Shown here piece after piece: positions 12,668 through 23,033 of a stretch of 64,000 bases of DNA (positions are counted from its first letter, which is position 1; every line of letters starts with the position of its first letter). The notes beneath the pieces were generated by a model. It was given only the letters and a program-made list of their open reading frames with translations, had not been told where the DNA came from and ran no database searches. A program made the position numbers and the translations under genes. The stretch comes from Microthyrium microscopicum (lineage: Eukaryota), in the NCBI GenBank assembly GCA_010405405.1, contig MU004236.1, positions 384,576 through 448,575 on the forward strand. The letters are read 5' to 3'.

Positions 12668-15371
12668 CGGGATGTAGGAAGGACTTTGGTGGTGTGTGTC
12701 TAGGATAGAGGCAGAAGATGAGACAGTGAGGATTCTTCCTTGCAGGAACCTGGTCTCTCGATTTCTTGTACCTGGCGATAGCGTGGATGTCTTCGTACAG
12801 TCTAGAGAGTGGTGGGTGAAGAGCCAACGAGAATAGTACACCACTACAAGCAAGTAAGAGCTGATGATCATCAGATCAAAATTAAGATGTTTCAAGAAAT
12901 GCATGGCGGGCATACCTTAGCGTTGCCATGGCACATATCTTTTATCTATCCCCAGCTGGTAGGATTTTTGATGATGTTTCTGCATGCCAAACGGGAGAAA
13001 ACTAGCAGTCCCTAGATCTGCAACAGGCAGGCTGCATAGAGTCTGCATCGTTCCTGAATTGTCTTTTCTTGAAATGGTAAGCATTGCAAATTGCTTTGAT
13101 TACATTCATCAAAGTCCGAAGATAACTGGCTTTGGCATTTTGTCATAAGTAGGGAACCATATTTCCCAAGCAATTACGACATTAAATGAACCATTGGGGT
13201 CCACAACGCCACTTGTATCCTGTCAATGCAAGACATCTTGTCAGTGATTGCGAATTTTATAGTTTGTACTCTAGATGACGGAACATAGGTCGTTTAGGTT
13301 GATGGTGGCTTTCGAATCTTCTGCGATGATCCAGGTTGAAAGTCAACATGTATCTCATTGCAACATAGTGATTGGACAAAGAATCCAAAATAGACCTGGC
13401 AAGACCTTGTGATGCATGAGTTCGGCGAAGTCGGTCCGTAGTAGCGACTTTAAACGGCCAGCCCACTGATGGACCTGCAGCATTAGCCAGGCCTCGCGAG
13501 GGGAAAGCGAACGACTGCGGATATCTGGTCCTTCTCGCATGGCAAATGACAAGCAATCCCCTTGTTTTACTTCCGCAGTCTAATGGCAAATTCGGGAGGC
13601 GTTTTGGGAGTTATCTGGAAGCAGGGAGTGGCTCTGAGTAGGGTGCCTTGGTATCTGGGGTAGTCTATCACGCCCGTGCCATCACATCTGATCTTAGTTG
13701 ACGATACTACTGCTAAGGTAAAAAGACAGCTCCTTCTTCTATCAAGGCTAGGGAAAAGATCAGCTCGATTGGCTGCATCCCCGCCATTGTTTCAATCCGC
13801 GTGAGTATCTTGCAGACTTGCAGAGGATTGCAGGCAGCAAGGTGCAGCAGCTCCTAGTCGACACTCACATGACGATTTGCAAGTCCAGGTCAACCTCCGA
13901 AGATCGGTTTAATTAGGAATGAGTTTATTGGCAAGATAGTGTGTTTGCTCAACATCATACTAAAGAACTGTTGTATTTACACGATGTTATCTGATTCCAA
14001 AGTCAAAAAGATTTGACACTAGCTTTCAGAAGACCCTCAAGAGACGCACTATAGTGTACCAAGAATGGCAGGCACTAGACGACGGTAGAAGAAGGATGGA
14101 AGCGTGGCTTTACAGCCACGCATTTCTCATGGCTAAACATCAACCAGCTGTTGGCACGCGAACCATGAATCCTCTTGAATTCTTTCGCGCTCGAATGTTG
14201 AGAAAAAAACGAGGAGAAATTTTGGTTCCCTGGCAGAAAGATGGTCTACACCCTGATATGAGATACCCGAGCAATGCAGAGTGGACCAAGTATCCAATAG
14301 GTAACTGTGTGAAGATACGTGGGAGCATGGATTGTACTGGATTTGAAACGGCGATGGGTACAGTAGCTGGACGATGGATTCGTACCTTGTGAGCAGCAAA
14401 AGGATGGAGGAGGCTGGACGCGGTGTGGTAAGTACCCGTACACGGTACTTGGCCATTTGGGGCGTTGAGGCCACAGGCATTTTCAGGAATTGACCTCTTA
14501 GGTATCTGATACCCTCGAGGGATGCAATGATGCATGTCCTTCCCCGCAGATCTAGACAGGCAGGCCATAAAAGCGCGTTTGGGTGGAGCAGCTTGCGCCA
14601 AACTGTTATCGTGATAGTCGCTATTTCAGTCTTCCAGTAATGATTGGCAGGTGTCAAGAGCCAAATTTGAAATAGCTGCTAGCTGAAATCTGGAGAATAA
14701 CGTAATCTCAACTTGGAGACGACATCTCGTAGTCTTCTTGGTCAAGGCGCTGGTCCAGGAACCCGCCGTTAAGAACCATTTTAGGTCTGAATGGTTTCAA
14801 AGACTAGCCGCATTAGCACGATGCTCTAAATTTGCACAGCTCCACCAGATGGAGGATGAGGGTGTGAAGCTAGTCCAATGAAGACAAATGCGATAGCAAT
14901 ATTTAAACATGGTTTTCAAGCGAGACAATTGAAGGAGAAAACATCGGTTGCCACGTTCTAACAGCGGCCATGTTTCTGGATGGAACGCTCGCTACCTATT
15001 CCAGGTATTCGCTAAATTATAGCTCATCTCTAAAGTATACTTGTACAGAAGTTGGGGAGGCAGAAGCACATTTACACGAAGACGATAGCGAGCTTCCATG
15101 CGTCTTCGAAAAAGCAGTTCATGAGATGTCGGATATGCGGCAGGTGCAGCGGCCAAAACAGTTATAATATTTGTCTTCGCTTGATAATGATAGGCCAACT
15201 GCTATGGTGACCAACCAGTGGCGTTGGATTAAACTGTCAAGATCTGGTCCGCTAGAATTTAAGTAACGAACGCCAAAATCTGTCGGTACAATGATTGCGC
15301 CAGCACTTGTTGTTAGTGTATCTTCAGAACCACTTACACATCCCAAGGGCGGTGGAGAAAGTCCATAACGC

Positions 15372-15518
15372 TGATGGCTGAGTTCGTGACAAGCAGAGGA
15401 TCGATGGTTTATTGAAGGGCTGTATTGGTAAAAGATGTTGCTAAAACTATGGTGTTTCTGCAGATCTGGAGATGCTAAATAACCCCTTGTTTACATGTTG
15501 CCCCGTACCTGCCAATCA
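15372..15518 (-). repeat. LTR copy (putative 3' LTR)
   Basis: Identical by eye to 16074-16220. Confidence 0.9.
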
Positions 15519-16073
15519 ACCATCCCAAAAGCTTTCTAAGATCAAGCTTGCCTTGATCTTCTTCGTCTTGGTGGTGAGAAAGGTCGTTGTCGTCCGTCTG
15601 TTCGATCACATTCGAATGTGCATATCGTTGTCGTCGTTCTCAGTTTGCTGAATTCAAGTTCTCTTGCTCACGGAATCACACCGTCTATTGCTCGTCCATC
15701 GTTGAATTCCCATCGTTATCAACTCGTATCAGCTCGCTACCGTACCGCATCGGCGTGCCTCTTATTATGGGTCACCCGTCGGTTCGTCAACATCGTAATC
15801 ATCTTGTCAAAATTCGTCTAGTTGCAGGCCTTGAAGCCGTCTTCGTCCGCTCATTGTATGTGATTTAGGTAGGGGAACTGGCTCTCGTTGGGAAGGTTGC
15901 TTAGATTGAGCCAGGGATGAAAAGGATGTCTTTTGTCTTGATGCTTTTAATGGTTCTGAATGAGGGTAAATCGGTGGCGTGGGTCGTTGTCTATCAGTTC
16001 GACGCCGTGGCTGTTCTAGATTGAGAAGATATTGATATTTTGATCGTGCTTGTCCTCAGAATGATCACCAGTT

Positions 16074-16220
16074 TGATGGCTGAGTTCGTGACAAGCAGAG
16101 GATCGATGGTTTATTGAAGGGCTGTATTGGTAAAAGATGTTGCTAAAACTATGGTGTTTCTGCAGATCTGGAGATGCTAAATAACCCCTTGTTTACATGT
16201 TGCCCCGTACCTGCCAATCA
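16074..16220 (-). repeat. LTR copy (putative 5' LTR)
   Basis: Identical by eye to 15372-15518. Followed on the minus strand by AAC-TGGTGATC. Confidence 0.9.
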
Positions 16221-16618
16221 ACGCGTTGATATCGTATCTGCCAAGGATTGGAAATGATGGAGGTTGACAATGTTCATGTAGAAGGATGTATTTAAGCAAA
16301 AGCTGCAGCACTAGATCTACTATAAATTCAATGGTGTGACATGAAATCTTCAGCTGCAGGTGCAATTCGACCATCTGCAGATCTTGAATGTGTCTACTTT
16401 TTCGGCTGAGCATGAACCGGAACAAACTAAAGCGACAAGAAAGAAAGAAACTCAGATCTCTAAAGGATTTGATTTTGTGTCTTTTAGTGCGAATACTTCC
16501 GTAAACCTGCATCAGCGCCATGAACTACAGCAGGTACCTAGCTTGACCAATGCTTGAAGGCAAAGGAAATTAAACCACAAAAGCTTCATTTTGTTACCGA
16601 GATTTGGTTTGACCATTA

Positions 16619-17029
16619 TTCCATTCCCACCCCTTAATAATTGATTTCCCACCCTTTTTCTTAGTTTCCCACCCCTCTCACTAAGCTTAGTAGCTTTCCT
16701 TACTAAATTAGTGAGAACTTGCTTTCGTAGAGAAAAGGCTTCGGGAGGTTACTTTGATTCTATGCCTCTTGCTACCAGCATTTTAACAGCCTTATCTTGA
16801 TACGTTAACCTACCTTTTAAAATACTTATTACACAATGGTTAGGTATCGTAACAAAATTCTGAAAAGGCTAAAAGATAGACAAGAAGCTATTCTATAAGC
16901 TTATGTTTTAAAACTCTTAGTATTTAATACTCTTGGTAGAGATAGATAGCGACATAGATAGCGTTTTCAGGAGGGGTGGGAAACTAAGAAAAAGGGTGGG
17001 AAATTAATTGTTAGGGGGTGGGAATGGAA
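16619..17029. mobile_element. MITE A, Tc1/mariner-pogo-type (TA TSD), 411 bp
   Basis: 59-bp TIRs (16619-16677 / 16971-17029) with 3 transition mismatches, each holding three TTCCCACCC subrepeats. TA on both sides; TpA-rich interior. Confidence 0.88.
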
Positions 17030-17031
17030 TA

Positions 17032-17506
17032 CAGTGTTATCAGAGTTATCTTCACCCACCCCTTGAAAACGTAAAATGGGGCTTCAGGCCGTGATTGGGT
17101 GGATCTTCGGGGCGCGATGGGCGTTACAGTGCAAATTTGTAGGGCGCCTCCCGGTCGCGGCCCATTAGCAGCCCCTGAAAACCATCCTTCCTAAATACCA
17201 CATCTTGGGTCGCTTTTGAAGCCATATTCGCGACGCAAAGAGCAAGATTCTAGTACTAAAAACTACTCGCTACTAGCTTTAAGATATATTAGAACACTAA
17301 AATTTAGGATATTTAACAAAGATTTAGCTTCAGAACCGATAATATTGTTGTTTGGGAAGATGATGGAGTTGGTAAGATTAATCCAAGAGGGTACGCCGCT
17401 AAATTTGCATACTAACGTACTCTTTAGATCTTTCCGCCCTCCAATCAGGCCCTGAAGCGCCATTTTATAAATTTAGGGGGGGGTGAAGATAACCCTGATA
17501 ACACTG
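17032..17506. mobile_element. MITE B, Tc1/mariner-type (CAGTG termini, TA TSD), 475 bp
   Basis: TA|CAGTGTTATCAG...CTGATAACACTG|TA. About 32-bp core TIR with 2 mismatches, extending imperfectly to about 66 bp. Confidence 0.88.
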
Positions 17507-18577
17507 TAACGGTCATTGGGCAGCGTTAGCAGTTCTGTTTGGTGCAGGATTTGTGCACAATTTGGGCAGAGTATAATTTGGATCTAAACTATAAGCAGCC
17601 GTAGCGGACGCCTCTAAAAGCCTCAAGCATTTTATAAAACAAGGTGAGGTCAGCTAGTGGAAACCTATAAGCCAATGATTCTGGCTTATATTATAGTCTA
17701 GCTAAGAGTAGCTAGACATAACGGCTATCTGGCGCTAAAAGTGAGCCAAAATCCTGCGTTAGTCGCTTTTGCTGAGCTCTAGCGCCATTTGCAGCATTTT
17801 GGCAGATTAACCAGAAGAGGAAGAGATCTGATCCTCTGGAGTTCTCCGAAGGGGCACGATTTGGGCTGCTAACGCTGCCCATTTGGTTTCTCATAGCAGT
17901 TGGAAATCAGCGATTGGGAACCAATGGTAGGGCGTCGACGGCTAGATTAAGCAGCCGAGCCTGTGCTCCCACGTGGCTCTCCACCAGAGTGTCTTGTCTT
18001 TTTTTATGCCAGAGCTCAGGGCAAGTAGAGTCTCGGAGAGCTGCTCCATCCAGAAGTCCACTAATCGGATCAGGAACTCAATTGTAACTTGCCAGAGGCA
18101 CCGCTAGGTTGCAGCTATATCACAGCAATTATCATCTGGGGAATGCTAAACACAAACGGAAACACGTCAAAGTTCCCGCTGTACCTAACCTCTAGACCCA
18201 AGAGCCCTTCTTACCGTCGTGCCGCCTTACCGATATGAATTGATAACTCTATCCAGACGTCCGTTTTCGTATCCTGGCCAATATCAGCCAACGAGATCGA
18301 CTTGTACCTGCGCTATGCGAACCTGCGACTTGCGACTTGCGACATGCGACCCTTTGGCGGCCTTCAGGTCCTGTAAGATCCAAAGACATGTTGAAGCGCT
18401 CGCTTCGTTTGAGATGTTTTGATTCAGCACAGATTGGGCCTTTCCGCCTAACGCACCTGCAACACTTTTCCAAAAACGGAAAGCTTCAGCGAGTTGTTAT
18501 CATCTGTCTCGCGGCTAGGTATGATTTTCTCTATTGCTTGCAAAAAGCTGGTTCCATGGAGTTACGTAGTTCAGAAT

Positions 18578-19407
18578 GGCCAATGTTAATCCGCCACCCC
18601 AAAATCACTATCCCGCCACCCTGAAATCACTATCCCGCCTCCATTGCTTTAATTAGTAGGCTATATCTAAATAGGCTATGGTTTCTATAGTTTAGGCTAG
18701 AAGTAAGTATAATCTAGCTATATAGGGATAGTTAGTAAATAAAATTCTATAAATATCTTCTCTATTTAGTAGTATTTACTAACCTAAAATAGCTAAAAGA
18801 AGAAATCTAGATTATAGCGCTAAACCTAAGATCTAACGCTATAACCTTAATATTTTCTTTCTAAATAGAGTTAGTACTTTTTAAATAGGTTTAGTACTTT
18901 ATTATAAGTACGTAGCTAGAGTTTATTTTTATTTAATTAGTTTACCTACTATAGGCTACTTTACTTAACTATTCTAAGAGAAACTTATAGTTATAAGCTA
19001 CTATTATAATAGCTATTTTAACTACTTTAAACTAATTTAAAAGTAGAAAATATTTATAGAATATAACTTTACTAACTATTCTCTATTTATTTTATTTTTA
19101 TATATTACTAACCTATCTTTATAACTATAAACTAATACCTCTATTACGAATAATAAGATAGTTATATTAAATATATTCTAATTTCGTTATTTACTAGAAT
19201 AATCTTTTAAATTATAGAGTTAATTTATAGCTTTAATAGATAGTAACTACTCTTTTTAAGGTGAGAGGTACTTAGTCTTTATAACTATTAATCTCTATCG
19301 TATTTTCCTATTTAGGACTAGCCTAGATCTTTATATTACTATGGAGGCGGGATAGTGATTTCAGGGTGGCGGGATAGTGATTTTAGGGTGGCGGATTAAC
19401 ATTGGCC
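18578..19407. mobile_element. Non-autonomous Mutator-like (MULE) element, 830 bp, RIP-like interior
   Basis: 67-bp TIRs (18578-18644 / 19341-19407, 1 mismatch) starting GGCCAATG. Perfect 9-bp TSD GTTCAGAAT (18569-18577 / 19408-19416). Interior extremely AT- and TpA-rich. Confidence 0.9.
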
Positions 19408-20923
19408 GTTCAGAATCCTACCAGAGAAAACAACCATCCAAGCGTTGTGCACCGACATTCTTTCAGTCGCGCCTGCCTTTCCCTGCCAGGCTGTGCATTT
19501 ATCCAATTGCTACTTTGGTGTTGTTTTATGCAATAATATTGTCCACCTCATCTGTGATTTCCCAAAAGAAACATCATCTAGGGTTCATTGAAGGAGATAG
19601 CATAAACCTAGCATGTTATGCGGTACTGCCCGGGAGAGACCTGTCAAATTCCATGTCAAAATTTCGTCCTGGCAAGCACGCAGGGTTTGACATTCAAGTC
19701 CACACACATTTAACGGTGATGGGCAGACTAGAGCGAAAATGGCGAGATGGCAGCCGCCTCATCAACGCCTTGCGGACACAACATCGGTTGAGCAGTTCGG
19801 CTGATACAGATCAGCAGCAAGTGGTTTGCGGATAAAAGTCTAAAGACATTCTGGAACGGGCGTGGAAGGTGCGTATAGTGCGAGGCCGTCAATTGGGCGT
19901 TCGCCTGGAGAAAGTGAGTGGCGTTGACGAACACCCTCTCTGATGTCTCGATGCGGTTTCTGGCAGCAGGTTTGACATCATGGCTTCTGACATGGCGTAC
20001 ACCTGGGTCGAAATCTCGCAGGCTAGCAGCGAGGCGCTCAAGCATGGCCGTCTCTCTAATCTCCCCGGCTGGAATTCTTGGAGTGCTAGACAACGCTCGA
20101 CAGGGCACCCAGCTTGTGTCAAAGCCTGAAGGTTCAAGGTCGACGACCTGAAACGAAGATGCGGAGCCTGCGCAAGAGCTGCAGAGTGCAGACGTGCAGA
20201 CGTGCAGATGCACTGTGCCCACTGCCCACAAACTTGACGAGAGACTACAACCACGAAGAGACTAGAGTTGTTGTATGATGGGATTGATGGCGTCGACGGT
20301 AGGGTCACTGCTGCTCTCGTACCTGGGTACCTTGCGGAGTTGTGGTGGCTCGCTGTGGTGCCATGCTGCCCGCCTCCTCTCTCGAGACTGGAGCGTACCA
20401 TAATCCATGAAGCATCCTACCAAGCATCCTGCATCTTGATGCCCGTGTGTACCTAAGTGTGCTTCCATGGATAGCCCTTGTCTCCCCGCAACGTTGAATT
20501 CGACCATAGTTTTCGGACCTGCCTACAAAGTACGTGCTGAGCATGCTCCTACATGATCTGCACCAGGATCCCTCGTTCCCTCCCTAGTACTTTCCTAGTA
20601 CTTTCTTGACTATCCTAGTACTTCCCTGCAAAGTCCCAGTCTCAACGTTCGCGGTACTGGTTAAGAACTTCTTATGTGGACATGCTATCGCTCCAGATTC
20701 TCAAGATTCTCATCCACCTACCCTGAAAGTATTATCATTCTTTCCATCTTCATAAACCACCATCCTCTTCTGTCCAACTGCCTGGCACATCAAGTCTACT
20801 TCCGTCTTCACCTCTTCTCTTCTTGTACTCCGTGCGCTGCCCAGACTGTAGGAGCCTGTCCCATTTAATATACTCAGCCTGTCTCTCCAGGCTCTCCCCG
20901 AAGATCCAATATACTTCTGCATC

Positions 20924-22337
20924 AATGATTTCCATTCAAGTTCCTCACTTTATGAGCCATCAGCAACCCTTCTATAACCCCATGTCTCATCCCGCCTTTC
21001 TCAATGGCATGTCGGCAATTCCAAAGCCTGCTTCCGCTTCGTCGGACAGCAAGGCCAACAAGCCGTGCAGCCCAGGAGCAAAGAGACGACCCTCACGCGC
21101 TGGAACTCGCAGTGTCGCTACATTGACGGCTGCACAGCTCGAACGCAAACGTGCAAACGACAGGGAGTAAGTTTATTGCAATTAAAGTTGAAGATGTTTA
21201 AAGTTTTGTTCGGCTCTAACCGTCGATTTAGGGCTCAACGGGCCATTCGGCAACGAACCAAGGACCACATTGATTCCCTGGAGCGCAGGATTTCAGAACT
21301 CACGTCAACCAGCGATATCAGTGCCAGACTCGCTCAAGCTCTCCAACGCAATGAAGAACTCGAACAGGAAAACAAAATCCTCAGATCCCGTCTTAATCAA
21401 GCGGTGACAGCCATGGCTGAAGGCAATCGTACGTTTCCCAACTTTTCTTCTTCACCTTCAGCCCATATGCAGTTGGACCAGGTGAACACGAGCCCAGTGA
21501 GCACCAGAAACTTGTCTGCAGAAGTATTTGTAGATGTAGTTGGGAGCATTTCGCCAAAGTGGTGATCTGGGAGCTCGGTTCCGTGCTGGGGTGTCCGCGT
21601 GGTTGCTGGGTCTAGTTGGCACCGCTTCTGCATGCATCCGCAAAAAGTAATATACGATATCGTCTGATCTTTGGCTAATTGTTCTTTTCAATACAGCAAT
21701 CAGTCCAGAAATGCTCACAGGTCCAACATCGCCCACAAGACGATTGCGCATAACCACTCGCTCCTCGTCAGTGCCAACAGTGCCGCGATCAATACCGAAC
21801 TCTGCCATTCAAACGTCGCATGCTATGCAGCAGCAACAAGACCATTGGAATCAATCTGCGTTCCATAGCCCCACATCTGGTGTTGATCGATCGCCATCTC
21901 TCGCCGATGTATCGCCAGTCTCAACATCAATCCGATGGGCACCACACCCGCATCCCAGCCCTGCATTGTCAGATCAAGGCGGAGTTGACCCTAATACCGG
22001 CTGCCCACAGCCCTCACCAGTCAACTTTAACTACATGCTCGACAATGGCCGCTCAATATCCTACTCCCCCGCCTCAGACCCCTCAATGATGCAACAATTT
22101 TCCCAAGCAGGCGGCCACGATCACTCGCACGCTTTTGCGTCCCATTCACAGTCACAAATGTCGGCGCCAATCCCATCGCCAGCATATACCCAGTATCCCG
22201 CAACACCACAATCATTTATTGCTACATCCCCTCATGAAGCCGATGCTAGTCTGCAGCATCTTATGAGCCAGCAATCGCCTGTCGAGGCACAACCTATTAT
22301 GTATAGCATGCCTACCAACAGCATCAAGGAGGAATAA
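20924..22337 (+). CDS. bZIP transcription factor
   Basis: Introns 21167-21231 and 21429-21696 give the basic region QLERKRANDREAQRAIRQRTK, then a leucine zipper and an S/P/Q-rich tail. The start could be 20924 or a nearby downstream Met. Confidence 0.9.
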
Positions 22338-23033
22338 GGTTGATAATGCAGGATTATCTAGCGCTTGGAGTTTGGATCATATGAACAAAATACCCCCTTC
22401 CCTACATATTCAATCTAATGTTTCATTTCAATTTATTCTGGCCGAGTCAAATCATTTGGTGGGAGTTGTTTGTTTTGGATGGAGTTCATCATGCCTATTA
22501 CCACACTATTACAGGCTTTGCAGCACGGGACGGAGCGAGTAGGGAGAAAAGGTTCGCATATGTTATGCTTTTTGTTGACCAAACGGTCGGGACTGAGGGG
22601 CATATTAGGAATAAGGTTATTTGCATTGGGATATCTGCAATGATTGCTTTTATGTCTCCATACTTTGTAGCGCTTGGTATGGTGTGTTTTCCTTAATTTA
22701 ACCTGTCATGGGTCTACATCCTCAATGATACCACGCCTTGTTATTGATTCTTCAACCCAACGTTTCTCACCCAATACACCGCAAGTGGTTCTGACATGTC
22801 GTTAAAATAAAGTAACCACGTGTGCGGTTGACGGGAAGAAAACGTGGCAGCGGTGCTCTAAATTCCAATGCTCCTTCCATCGTGGGCCATAGCATGGCTT
22901 TTGAGGCAGGAGCAGACTGCACGCGCGTAGAAGGAAGGAGGACCCTGGATTGATGACAGTCCCCTCAGACAACATCCCAATTGCTTGTATACATTCTTCG
23001 CTGTAGCCAAAGTATTCTACCACCACCTCAATC

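Larger units (their letters stand above)
15372..16220 (-). mobile_element. TRIM-like non-autonomous mini LTR retroelement (849 bp)
   Basis: Two identical 147-bp direct repeats with TGAT...ATCA termini and a 4-bp TSD ACGC (15368-15371 / 16221-16224). On the minus strand: TGGTGATC 3 nt after the 5' LTR and AATAAA within each LTR. The 555-bp interior has no gag/pol ORF. Confidence 0.85.

Noticed and set aside
14641..14652. 12-nt match (TGATTGGCAGGT) to the LTR terminus in opposite orientation
   Set aside because: Similarity does not extend and it includes a common CCAAT box; probably chance.
14022..14657. Overlapping 110-170 aa ORFs on both strands in the gene-poor gap
   Set aside because: No recognisable motifs and no consistent exon chain could be built.
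18316..18352. Tandem TGCGAC(N) heptamer run
   Set aside because: Simple minisatellite with no spacers; not CRISPR-like.
19728..20544. Several GC-rich ORFs upstream of the bZIP gene
   Set aside because: Mostly non-ATG starts and no domain signal; they look like promoter sequence.
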